Assembly (NCBI GenBank): GCA_949493535.1
Contig: CASZWJ010000008.1
Location: 345 to 64,344 of the forward strand
Reading direction: 5' to 3'
Length of the DNA stretch: 64,000 nt
From: an uncultured Alphaproteobacteria bacterium
Lineage (GTDB): Bacteria; Pseudomonadota; Alphaproteobacteria; RF32; CAG-239
In this document: piece by piece, positions 20,567 to 29,711 of the stretch
Layout: each line of letters begins with the position of its first letter
Position numbering within the stretch: the first letter of the stretch is position 1
Program-made: the position numbers and the translations under genes
The notes under the pieces: generated by a model
Told to the model about the DNA's origin: nothing
Databases searched by the model: none
Seen by the model: the letters and a program-made list of their open reading frames with translations, nothing else

Positions 20567-21541
20567 TTAAAAACCCGTGCGCTGGTTGAGTTTGAGTTGT
20601 TCAATAATTGCCATAACCGAAAGGAACTGTTCAAAGGTTTCGTCAATCAATTTGCGGTCGGTTGTTTTTCGGAACAAAGACGTACTTTCAAACATGTTTT
20701 TTTTGCAGTCAATGGCAATTAAAAGCTTATTGTCAAAAAAACTGAACTGAATTTTATTGCTCCTATAAGCTTTGCGCACTTTAAGCATGCGTTCCATAAA
20801 AGCCGTTGTTAAAAGAAAGCGCGCTTCCAACTGATCGTTTGAAAAAACTTCAAATTCTTTTTCAAATAAGCTGTCTTCCAATGCCACTTTTTGTAAACCT
20901 TTAATTTTGTTAAAAGCGTTAAAAATGCCTTTATCTTTTAAAACAACGGTTTTTCCGGCAAAGTTTTTGTTCATTTCCAGAAGGATTAAAATGCCGTTGA
21001 AAACCTTTTGAATAGAGACGCCTTTTTCATGCTGCTCGGCAAATTGCAGTTTTTCTTCTGAAATAACCATTCCCACTTCTTGAAAACAGCCGCAGAAATA
21101 ATCATCTCCCAGATGAGTGTTGTATTCGTCAAACAATAAAGATTTTCTAATTGTATCATCATCAATGCAATTCATGAAAGCATATTCGAAATCGCCGAAA
21201 TATTTTATAAATTCGGGCATAACCCGATTTTTGGCTTTGCGTTTATAAAAAAACACCGGCGAGGAAACAATGGCAATCAGCACCAGTAGCGCGAAAAAAA
21301 TTGTTCCGAGCGGCAAGTCGCCGTGATAATGGTATTCTCCATTGTTTTGTTGAAGGAAAAGCCAAAACAGTCCGGCACAAATTGCCGGTAAAATCACAAA
21401 GATAATCAGCAGCCCGATGATAAAAAAACGCAGATATTTTTTACGGCTGGCTTCAATGCCTGAAAATTCAGGCTCCAAAACTGTTTGGTAAAAATTTTCA
21501 AATCCGGCTCTGAGCTGGTCTGTATTGCGTTTTTCTGCCAT
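20567..21541 (-). CDS. LemA-associated membrane protein (DUF3137-like, from memory)
   Basis: 324 aa with two N-proximal TM helices and a large soluble domain. Its start codon directly abuts the lemA stop (TAAATG). Confidence 0.5.
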   Translation of the reverse strand: MAEKRNTDQLRAGFENFYQTVLEPEFSGIEASRKKYLRFFIIGLLIIFVILPAICAGLFWLFLQQNNGEYHYHGDLPLGTIFFALLVLIAIVSSPVFFYKRKAKNRVMPEFIKYFGDFEYAFMNCIDDDTIRKSLLFDEYNTHLGDDYFCGCFQEVGMVISEEKLQFAEQHEKGVSIQKVFNGILILLEMNKNFAGKTVVLKDKGIFNAFNKIKGLQKVALEDSLFEKEFEVFSNDQLEARFLLTTAFMERMLKVRKAYRSNKIQFSFFDNKLLIAIDCKKNMFESTSLFRKTTDRKLIDETFEQFLSVMAIIEQLKLNQRTGF

Positions 21542-22120
21542 TTATTTGAAAAAATCTCCGGCTTTAATTTCTTTTTTTGCGCTTTCTTCTGCTTCAAAGA
21601 ACGGCATTTCATCTTTAATGCCGATAATTTTTGCGACTAATGAACTCGGGAAAATTTCAACGGCATTTTTGAGAGCTGTAACGTTTGAATTATAGAAGCG
21701 TCGGGCGGCGGCAATATGCTCTTCAACTTCATTCAGGCTCTGCATGGCCGTAACCATTGCTTCGTTTGATTTCATGTCCGGATAATTTTCGGCACTGAGT
21801 TTAAAATCATTCATCCGGCTGGAGAGCAGGTTTTCAAGTTCAATCTTCTTGGCCGGATCGGCATTAAATTTGACGCTCATGGCTTCGCTGCGCAGTCTGG
21901 CGATTTCTTCCATCATGCTTTTTTCATGTTCCATATATTTGGCGGCCATGGTCATCAGGTTCGGGATTAAATCATAGCGTTTTTTGAGCTGAACATCAAT
22001 TCCGGAAGCAGATTCTTTCAGCATATTTTTCTTTTTGATAAGAGAAACATAAATGCCGTAAAAAAGAATAACAATGGCACCTAGGATAATCCAAAAGATA
22101 TAACTGTCAAAAATCTCCAT
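21542..22120 (-). CDS. lemA: LemA family protein
   Basis: N-terminal TM helix plus LemA motifs (KKRYDLIPNL, AARRFYNSNV). Confidence 0.85.
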   Translation of the reverse strand: MEIFDSYIFWIILGAIVILFYGIYVSLIKKKNMLKESASGIDVQLKKRYDLIPNLMTMAAKYMEHEKSMMEEIARLRSEAMSVKFNADPAKKIELENLLSSRMNDFKLSAENYPDMKSNEAMVTAMQSLNEVEEHIAAARRFYNSNVTALKNAVEIFPSSLVAKIIGIKDEMPFFEAEESAKKEIKAGDFFK

Positions 22121-22226
22121 TTTTCTGCTCCTTAAATGTTTTTCTTTAATGATAGGGATGATTCATTAATATTTATTAAAAGTATCTTCATTATTGCTTC
22201 GTAAAATGGTTGCAAAGGAGAAAAGC

Positions 22227-23456
22227 ATGCTGAACATAATCTGGGTTTTATTTTTTATAGCCGCCTTTGTTGCTGCGATTTTTAAAAGCTTTTTTATGGG
22301 AGAAAGCGGTGTTTGGACAGAGCTCGTTGCGGCAACCTTTTCTTCATCAAAAAACGCGTTTACGATTTCTCTAAATCTGACCGGAATTTTGTGTTTGTGG
22401 CTGGGGCTTTTGAAAATTGCCGAACAATCGGGAATAACCAATCTGCTTTCAAAAGCTTTGGCGCCGCTGTTTCGCAAAATAATGCCGGAAGTGCCGCAAG
22501 GGCATCCGGCAATGGGATCAATCATTATGAATATGGCTGCAAATGTGCTGGGGCTGGATAACGCGGCCACGCCTATGGGATTGAAAGCTATGGAGCAATT
22601 GCAGGAACTGAACCCTAAAAAAGATACGGCGTCAAACGCCCAGATTTTGTTTATGGTCTTAAATGCGTCGGCCATAACTTTGATTCCGATAACGATTTTG
22701 ATGTACCGCGCAGAATTAGGATCCGCAAATCCGGCTGCGGTTTTTATGCCGATTCTTTTTGCCACGTCAGTTTCAACGTTGGTTGGTTTTTTGTCCGTTG
22801 CCTGGGTGCAAAAACTAAATATTTTCAATCGTGTCATTTTGGCATATCTGGCTGCATTTGCCGCCTTTATTTTCCTGACCGGCTGGTATTTTAATTCTCT
22901 GCCGGCAGAAACAAGGTTAGCCGTTTCGGCAGAATGGGGCAACGGAATTTTGTTTTCGGTCATCGTAACGTTTATTGCCGCCGGATTAATTAAAAAGCTA
23001 AATGTGTATGATGTTTTTATTCAAGGAGCTAAAGAAGGTTTTGAGATTGCCGTGCGGATTATTCCTTATCTGGTTGCCATGCTGGTTGCCATTGCTGTCT
23101 TGCGCAGTTCGGGCGTGCTTGACTTGATCGTCTTGGGCTTTGGCAAAATTTTTGCTCTGATCGGGATTGATACGGCTTTTGTGGCGGCTCTTCCGACTGC
23201 TTTGTTGAAACCTTTATCCGGCAGCGGCGCAAGGGCGATGATGATTGAAACCATGCAGACTTACGGGGCAGACAGTTTTCCTGCTTTCGTTTCCTGTATC
23301 GTCCAAGGTTCGACCGAAACAACATTTTATGTTTTGGCGGTTTATTTCGGTGCGGTAAAAATAACCAAAGTCCGTTCGGCGTTGCCTTGTGCACTTCTCG
23401 CTGATTTTGCAGGAATTGTCGCGGCTGTCTTTTTTGCTTATCGTTTTTATAATTAA
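22227..23456 (+). CDS. Nucleoside-recognition (Gate) domain membrane protein, fused SpmA/SpmB-like
   Basis: Start MLNIIWVLFF after an AAGGAG RBS. Polytopic, with two Gate-like halves. The antisense ORF 22166-22963 is spurious. Confidence 0.65.
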   Translation: MLNIIWVLFFIAAFVAAIFKSFFMGESGVWTELVAATFSSSKNAFTISLNLTGILCLWLGLLKIAEQSGITNLLSKALAPLFRKIMPEVPQGHPAMGSIIMNMAANVLGLDNAATPMGLKAMEQLQELNPKKDTASNAQILFMVLNASAITLIPITILMYRAELGSANPAAVFMPILFATSVSTLVGFLSVAWVQKLNIFNRVILAYLAAFAAFIFLTGWYFNSLPAETRLAVSAEWGNGILFSVIVTFIAAGLIKKLNVYDVFIQGAKEGFEIAVRIIPYLVAMLVAIAVLRSSGVLDLIVLGFGKIFALIGIDTAFVAALPTALLKPLSGSGARAMMIETMQTYGADSFPAFVSCIVQGSTETTFYVLAVYFGAVKITKVRSALPCALLADFAGIVAAVFFAYRFYN

Positions 23457-23503
23457 AGCAATTTTAATCAAGATAAGGCAAAATGGCAAAGAGAGGAAAA
23501 TAA

Positions 23504-23944
23504 ATGAAAGCATTGGTACAAAGGGTTAAAAGAGCCGGTGTAGAAATCGGCGGAGAAGTTTATTCCGAAATCGGGCAGGGGCTGTTAATCCTGCTGGGCG
23601 TGGAAAAGGAAGATTCGCAAAAACAGGCGCAGGAGCTGGCCAAAAAAACGGTAAATTTGCGGATTTTTGAAGATGAACAGCAGAAAATGAATTTATCGCT
23701 ATTAGATATAAAAGGCGAAGCTCTGGCCGTTTCGCAGTTTACCTTGGCCGGAGATACCAGTCGCGGCAACCGTCCGGGGTTTGAAACCGCAGCGCGTCCG
23801 GAATTGGCAAAACCGCTGTATGAATATTTTGTGGATTGTCTGAAAAGCTATGGTATAATTGTCAAAACCGGCGTTTTTCAGGCTGATATGCAGGTCTCGC
23901 TGATTAACGACGGTCCGGTGACCTTTATGCTCGAAAAGAAATAG
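23504..23944 (+). CDS. dtd: D-aminoacyl-tRNA deacylase
   Basis: MKALVQRV..., SQFTL and NDGPVT motifs; 146 aa. Confidence 0.9.
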   Translation: MKALVQRVKRAGVEIGGEVYSEIGQGLLILLGVEKEDSQKQAQELAKKTVNLRIFEDEQQKMNLSLLDIKGEALAVSQFTLAGDTSRGNRPGFETAARPELAKPLYEYFVDCLKSYGIIVKTGVFQADMQVSLINDGPVTFMLEKK

Positions 23945-23960
23945 CTTTAGGGGATTGAAT

Positions 23961-24803
23961 ATGGCTGAAAATACAAACAATACGCCGAAATTTGTTGAAG
24001 AAGAGCCCGTTAATTATAATACGGCTGTTTCTGCCGGCATACTGCACAGCGCCGATAAGAATGATGATCAGGTTTTGTTTTTATACAGCCGGTTGATGAA
24101 TCTGCCTTTTTCTAAAATTGAGACAATTTCTCTAATTGAAAAATCTTTATATGCGGAATTATCAAAAAATCCTGATGATACTTTGGCTCTGATTGCGTTA
24201 ATGCAGACTCAGACCGCTCTGGGCAATCATGAAAAAGCCAAAGCGCTGGCTTATAAAATTTGGGAAGTGGGCAACAAGCTCTTAAAAGAAGAAGATTATG
24301 TTTATGTAAATAATCTGTTGAACATCGGCTTGCTTGAAATGGCTTCTGCTTTGCTCAAACCCCGTTTCGAAAATCTTTCTTCGCAAATTGAATTTTACTA
24401 TCCGATGCTCTTAAAGCTTTCGACCATGACCGGAAGTTCCCAACTGATAGAACGTTTGGCAACGCATCCGAATGCACCGGAAAAAGACGATTTATTTTTG
24501 AAAATCATCTCACGCTATAAGAGTTATAACTATACCGACCATTTCAAAAATGTGCAAAAGATAATATTGGAAACGGTTAAAGGCCGTTTGTGCGTTTATG
24601 ACTATGACATTCTCGGGCCGGTTATGGAAGAGATTGAGGTTACATTGTATTTGACCGGAGATACGATTGAACTCCAAAATACGCGTGAAGAATTGGAAGA
24701 AAAACTGGCTGATTATTATAAATCTGCAAATATAGAAAAACTTTCAAGCTTCAGCTGGCGGATAAAATCGGTTTCGTCGCATCCGGCAATGGGGTTTGAC
24801 TGA
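23961..24803 (+). CDS. Hypothetical helical-repeat (TPR-like) protein
   Basis: ATG at 23961 with a GGGGA RBS; the ORF-track start is a TTG 6 nt upstream. Alpha-helical repeat character only. Confidence 0.5.
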   Translation: MAENTNNTPKFVEEEPVNYNTAVSAGILHSADKNDDQVLFLYSRLMNLPFSKIETISLIEKSLYAELSKNPDDTLALIALMQTQTALGNHEKAKALAYKIWEVGNKLLKEEDYVYVNNLLNIGLLEMASALLKPRFENLSSQIEFYYPMLLKLSTMTGSSQLIERLATHPNAPEKDDLFLKIISRYKSYNYTDHFKNVQKIILETVKGRLCVYDYDILGPVMEEIEVTLYLTGDTIELQNTREELEEKLADYYKSANIEKLSSFSWRIKSVSSHPAMGFD

Positions 24804-25841
24804 TTATTTGGGCGTAATGATTGTTTCTGTGCCGGCGCCTTTGGAAGAGCGGCGGATGTCGGCTTCAACTTTGTTTAAAATCTGCTCGCCGGCTTTGTTT
24901 AACAATTTGCGCATCAGTTTGGCAGCAACTTCCTGCTCGTTGTCTTCGCTTGAAAATAAAATAAATCGGTTTTGATGTTCGACGGTTGAAGCGCCGCCTT
25001 CTGTAAATTCGACCCCGACGGATAATACCATTTGCAGGCGGTTTGTGTTGCTGTTAATCGGGTCAACCTTGGCGCGCATGACTTTGGCAGAAATAATGTA
25101 ATCTGCCGCATCTTTATTGTCTGTTATATAAAAAGCTTCATTTTTATCAAAAATCTCTGTCAAAATCTGTTTATGGCTCTCCGAGACAGTATTGTTATAA
25201 AAAGCAACCGGAGCGATATAAAGCAATTTTTTTGGAGAAGGAGGCTCTGCTGCTGTGTGCTCCTGAATAGCTGTTTGTTGCTCGGAAGGCGTTTGCTGAG
25301 AGGAAGTCTCTGCCGTTTGGGGTAATTTTTGTTGCGGATTATCTTCCGGCTGCGTATCTTCCTCTTGGAAAAGTTCATCGTTGTTGAGTTCATGAACGGT
25401 TGTCTCATCCGCCCGAGGGGCGCCATTTTGCGCGGCAGCGGCGGCTAAATCGGTTTTTTTGACATATCCGGTTACTTCAACGCAAATTTCCGTGTCATTT
25501 TGTTTGGTCGTGCGCACGGCTAAATCTTCGACATAATTGTCAACAATATCATAAACCAAAACATTGAAATCGTGTTCATTCGTTTTGCTTTTATATTCGC
25601 TTAATTCAGAAAGGTTTTTGACTGCTTCGAAAGAAGCTTTGTCCGTTGCTCTCAGCCTGACGGAAGACTTGGCTTCTTGTGGTTTTATTTTTTCGCAGGC
25701 TGCCCCGTATAGAGCGGCGGCATCATCGTCAAGCGAGGATGAATCAACAGCCAATGCCATATCGGCAGTCTCCTCGGCCGCGGATATTTCGGCCGAAAGG
25801 CATAAAAGGCTTGCAATTATGGCGAACAGCTTGCTTTTCAT
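24804..25841 (-). CDS. Secreted protein, unknown function, with an acidic Q/E/T/P-rich central linker
   Basis: Signal peptide MKSKLFAIIASLLCLSAEISAAE. Its ATG overlaps the upstream gene's TAA (TAATG coupling). Confidence 0.55.
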   Translation of the reverse strand: MKSKLFAIIASLLCLSAEISAAEETADMALAVDSSSLDDDAAALYGAACEKIKPQEAKSSVRLRATDKASFEAVKNLSELSEYKSKTNEHDFNVLVYDIVDNYVEDLAVRTTKQNDTEICVEVTGYVKKTDLAAAAAQNGAPRADETTVHELNNDELFQEEDTQPEDNPQQKLPQTAETSSQQTPSEQQTAIQEHTAAEPPSPKKLLYIAPVAFYNNTVSESHKQILTEIFDKNEAFYITDNKDAADYIISAKVMRAKVDPINSNTNRLQMVLSVGVEFTEGGASTVEHQNRFILFSSEDNEQEVAAKLMRKLLNKAGEQILNKVEADIRRSSKGAGTETIITPK

Positions 25842-26380
25842 TACCACCAGCTTTGATCATCATTTTGAAGCTGTTTAATGCTTTCTGACCAAGATCCTGT
25901 TTCTTTGCCGGCTTTGTCAGACATCAGCATCTGATATTCTATAATCGGCGTTTGGCTGCCGGAATTGGGCAGGGCATTAACCAAAATCTCCAGAATATAT
26001 TCGGCATCATCCGGCGTGTTGACAATCGTATAATCTCTTGAACCTTCGATAATGTCGTTTGTTACCTTGTGGGCATAATGAAAACCTTCCGGAAGCTGGT
26101 CGTTGAGCCTTTGCGGCGCAGCAATGTATAAAGTTGGTTTCGCTGCTTTTTTCAAGTATAAATCTCTGGTAGCATCAAGCATTTTATTGGTGACGCGGGA
26201 TGCGGCAATGGCATAAACCTGCGGCGTAATGTTATGATCGGCAAAGCTTTCTCGGACAGTAATCTGATTCAATTCTTCGGGAGAAACATATTCTTCGCCT
26301 TGTCCGTAAGTTTTTCCGTTCCAAAGTCGGCAGCCGAAAACGCAAAACGCCAGACTTATGCAAATTATTGTTCTTTTCAT
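25841..26380 (-). CDS. Lipoprotein resembling the LpoB / COG3417 family (tentative)
   Basis: Start MKRTIICISLAFCVFGC (lipobox) after an AGGA RBS. The C-terminal domain pattern (VTNKML..., YILEILV, IEYQMLMSD..GKE..SWS) resembles E. coli LpoB by eye. Confidence 0.45.
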   Translation of the reverse strand: MKRTIICISLAFCVFGCRLWNGKTYGQGEEYVSPEELNQITVRESFADHNITPQVYAIAASRVTNKMLDATRDLYLKKAAKPTLYIAAPQRLNDQLPEGFHYAHKVTNDIIEGSRDYTIVNTPDDAEYILEILVNALPNSGSQTPIIEYQMLMSDKAGKETGSWSESIKQLQNDDQSWW

Positions 26381-26560
26381 TTGTGTCATCCTGTTTATTT
26401 GTCTTTGTTTCAAATATAAAAGGCTTTTAAAAAATTCTCATTAAGTTTTTCGACTTATTCACTTATAATCATGCTAAAAAAACGAGAAAGTCATTTGCTT
26501 TTTTGAAAAAATTACGCTAGGTTAAAAACAAATTTTGCTTTGGATGAGGAGAAAGTTAAA

Positions 26561-26806
26561 GTGAAAAAACTGGTTATTGCTGTCATCATGATGTTTACTG
26601 CCGGCTGCGCCAACAACTTTAAAAATGATTTTAATAATAGTCCCGAACTGTTGAACCGCTGGACCAGTAAAGCCAGTTTTCAACAGTTATGTGACGGCCT
26701 GTTTGAATATCAGGAAGACAGCTATGTTTTGAACCGGATTTTAATAGAGTTTAACCGCCGCAACGTTTCTTATATGAACTGCCGCCAATATGGCGGAGCC
26801 CGCTGA
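26561..26806 (+). CDS. Small lipoprotein, unknown function
   Basis: GTG start after a GAGGAG RBS, then VKKLVIAVIMMFTAGC lipobox. Confidence 0.45.
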   Translation: MKKLVIAVIMMFTAGCANNFKNDFNNSPELLNRWTSKASFQQLCDGLFEYQEDSYVLNRILIEFNRRNVSYMNCRQYGGAR

Positions 26807-26836
26807 GCGGTATTCTGATAGATAAAAAGGCATATT

Positions 26837-27274
26837 ATGGTTATAACGTTTTCTGCAATTTTAATCGGGCTGTTGGCATTGGTCAGGCCGCTGCAAAAAA
26901 ACAGTTTTTATATTTTGCATGCGGCTACAGTGATTTTGGCGGCTTATTATGTTGAAACGCACTATTTTCGCGCCTCGGCTTTTGGAAGTAAAACCATGTT
27001 GCTGTTTTTGGTTTTTCATGCCGTTTCCATAAATATTACGACTTTTGTCGCTTATTTTGCTGATAAGCGCGCAGCTGTTCGCCATGCTTGGCGTGTTCCC
27101 GAAAACACGCTGCATATGCTCGAATTTTTGGGCGGTTGGCTCGGAGCCTTGCTTGCCCAGAAGATTTTTCATCATAAAACGGCAAAAAAAAGTTTCAGAA
27201 ATATGTTTTGGTTAATGATATTTTTGGAGTTTTTGGCCATTATGATCATATTGAAATATTTGAAGCTGATTTAA
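26837..27274 (+). CDS. DUF1294-like membrane protein
   Basis: 145 aa. The AYFADKRAAVRHAWRVPENTLHMLEFLGGWLGALLAQKIFHHKT segment matches the DUF1294 signature as I recall it. Confidence 0.6.
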   Translation: MVITFSAILIGLLALVRPLQKNSFYILHAATVILAAYYVETHYFRASAFGSKTMLLFLVFHAVSINITTFVAYFADKRAAVRHAWRVPENTLHMLEFLGGWLGALLAQKIFHHKTAKKSFRNMFWLMIFLEFLAIMIILKYLKLI

Positions 27275-27294
27275 CTTAAACCATAGGAAATTTA

Positions 27295-29064
27295 ATGAGT
27301 ATTAGTCTGAAAGCAGTCGGTAATGTTCCTGTTATGGAATTTTCCGCCCACTACAAAAAAATGTGGCCTTATGTCAAACCCTATTGGGTTCGGGCAATAA
27401 TCGCCGTTGCTTTAAGTATTCCGATTGGTGCTTTGGATGCGGTTATTGCGCTGTCGCTCAAACCCTATATGGATATTGTTTTGGTCGACAAATCCGCGCA
27501 GTCTCCGGCTTTCATTCCGCTGGTGATTGTTCTTTTTACGATTTTTCAAGGCGGCTTAAATTATATGGCGACCTATATGAATGCCTGGGTCGGCATGAAA
27601 ATCACGCAAGATGTCAAACGCGAATTGTATAAAAAGCTTTTGGCTTTTGAACCGGGCTTCTTTGATAAAAACGATTCCGGCATTATTATTCAGCGTTTTT
27701 CCGGCGATGTTGATGCGGCCTGTACAGGGTTGCTGGATAACGTGCGTACTTTTGCTTCGCGCATTTTCTCGTCAATTTCCTTAATCGGTGTGCTGATTTA
27801 CAACTCCTGGCAGCTGTCAATCATAGCGATAATCGTCTTGGCTTTGGCGCTTCTGCCTTTGGCTTATGTCCGGCGGCTGATTAAAAATGTGGTTACCGAA
27901 CAGGTTAAAGAAGGCGGAACGATATTAACCAAATATAACGAAACTTATTCCGGCAACAAGACCGTTGCGTCGTATAACTTGCAAAAGCGCATGTATGACA
28001 AATATGATTCTACGTTAAAACGTTTGTTCAAACTGGGAATTAAAATGGTGCAAAAAACTGCATGGCTGACGCCGATGATGCACATTATGGTTTCTATCGG
28101 CGTGGGTGCGGTTATCGGCTTTGGCAGTTATCTGATTGTCAACGGCACAATCACCAGCGGCAGTTTTGTGTCTTTTATCACCGCTTTGATTATGTTGTAT
28201 AATCCTGTTAAGAATATCGGCAAAAGCTTTAATGCCGTGCAGGTTTCTTTCCTTGCAATTGAGCGTATCAGCGAAGTTTTGGATTTGGAGCCGGAAATAA
28301 AGTCTTTGCCAAATGCCGTTGAACTAAAAAAAATCAAAAAGAATATCAAATTTGAAAATGTTGATTTTGAGTATGATGCCGGAGCTCCGGTGTTAAAAAA
28401 TATCAGTTTGGACGTTAAGGCCGGAACGACAATGGCATTTGTCGGAAACTCCGGCGGCGGAAAAAGTACAATAGTCAGCCTGCTTCCGCGGTTTTATGAT
28501 GTCTGCGGCGGTCGTATCCTGATTGACGGAACTGACATTCGAGAATTTGATATAAATAGCCTGCGTGATAAAATTGCCGTTGTTTTTCAAGATAATTTCC
28601 TCTTTGGCGGCACATTGCGCGACAATATTCTGCTGGGTAAGCCGGATGCAACCGAAAAAGAGATTGAAACGGCTGTCAAAATGGCCTGCCTTGACGATTT
28701 TGTGGCTGATTTGGAAAAAGGGCTGGATACCGAAATCGGAGAACGGGGTGCTTTGCTCTCCGGCGGTCAGCGCCAGCGATTGTCAATAGCCCGCGCTTTT
28801 GTAAAAAATGCGCCGATAGTCATTTTGGATGAAGCGACTTCTGCTTTGGATAACAAATCGGAGGCTGTTGTTCAAAAAGCAATTGAAAACCTGATGAAAG
28901 ACCGAACTGTCTTTGTCATCGCCCACCGTCTGTCGACCGTTCAAAATGCAGACCGGATTGTCGTTATCAATGACGGGCAGATTGTTGAGAGCGGAACCCA
29001 TAAAGAACTTCTTGAGTTGGAAAACGGTGCTTATCGGACATTGTATAACGCCCAGTTCAAATAA
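27295..29064 (+). CDS. ABC exporter, fused permease/ATPase (MsbA-like)
   Basis: Six-TM N-terminal domain, Walker A GNSGGGKST, signature LSGGQRQR, Walker B ILDEATSALD. Confidence 0.85.
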   Translation: MSISLKAVGNVPVMEFSAHYKKMWPYVKPYWVRAIIAVALSIPIGALDAVIALSLKPYMDIVLVDKSAQSPAFIPLVIVLFTIFQGGLNYMATYMNAWVGMKITQDVKRELYKKLLAFEPGFFDKNDSGIIIQRFSGDVDAACTGLLDNVRTFASRIFSSISLIGVLIYNSWQLSIIAIIVLALALLPLAYVRRLIKNVVTEQVKEGGTILTKYNETYSGNKTVASYNLQKRMYDKYDSTLKRLFKLGIKMVQKTAWLTPMMHIMVSIGVGAVIGFGSYLIVNGTITSGSFVSFITALIMLYNPVKNIGKSFNAVQVSFLAIERISEVLDLEPEIKSLPNAVELKKIKKNIKFENVDFEYDAGAPVLKNISLDVKAGTTMAFVGNSGGGKSTIVSLLPRFYDVCGGRILIDGTDIREFDINSLRDKIAVVFQDNFLFGGTLRDNILLGKPDATEKEIETAVKMACLDDFVADLEKGLDTEIGERGALLSGGQRQRLSIARAFVKNAPIVILDEATSALDNKSEAVVQKAIENLMKDRTVFVIAHRLSTVQNADRIVVINDGQIVESGTHKELLELENGAYRTLYNAQFK

Positions 29065-29096
29065 AAAAATTCCCTCTGATGAGGGGATTTTTTAAT
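29064..29096. terminator. Bidirectional terminator
   Basis: CCCTC-tgat-GAGGG with flanking A- and T-runs. Confidence 0.65.
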
Positions 29097-29706
29097 CTTT
29101 GCTCCAATCAACCACAGGCAAATCTTTTCCTTGCGGCAAGTTATAATGCCACCATTCATGGGCAATAGGTTCCAGTCCAATGCTTTCCATCAGCTGCCGC
29201 AAATCATTTCTGTTCTTAATTTCTTCGTCCATATCAGGATTAACATAATCTTGTCTTGCTTTTTGTAAATGTTGCTGAAAAGCGTTAGTTTCGCCTTGGC
29301 AGACTTGTTTGGCATATTCTGGTGTATAAGCGTCAACTTTGGTCGGATACTCAAGTTCTTGCCCTTTTTCATCGCAGAGGCAGCAATCTATGGCTGCTGC
29401 ATGGCAATGTAAAGAACATTCGCAGGTAGCTGCGAAAAATTCGGACAGGGGTATAATTTTGCGCATTATCTGATGAGCTGCCGGCGGGCGGTATGCGTCA
29501 AAAATTTTTAATTTTTGACGTCGTTTCTGCAAAACGGGAGCCAATTTTTGCAATTTTCCAAAAAGTTCTCGACAGACAAAAGCCCTGTTTCCAAAGCCTA
29601 TATTGTCATAAACGGCTGTTTGCAACATATTTTCTTTGGTTGCATACATCATTTCAACAATAAAAGGGTCACTTTTTATTTCTGCCAGATCTTCACTAAG
29701 CATCAT
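29092..29706 (-). CDS. M15-family D-Ala-D-Ala dipeptidase (VanX/DdpX-like)
   Basis: SLHCHAAAID and HEWWHY zinc/catalytic motifs. Starts 5 nt downstream of the batD stop. Confidence 0.75.
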   Translation of the reverse strand: MMLSEDLAEIKSDPFIVEMMYATKENMLQTAVYDNIGFGNRAFVCRELFGKLQKLAPVLQKRRQKLKIFDAYRPPAAHQIMRKIIPLSEFFAATCECSLHCHAAAIDCCLCDEKGQELEYPTKVDAYTPEYAKQVCQGETNAFQQHLQKARQDYVNPDMDEEIKNRNDLRQLMESIGLEPIAHEWWHYNLPQGKDLPVVDWSKD

Positions 29707-29711
29707 TTTTT

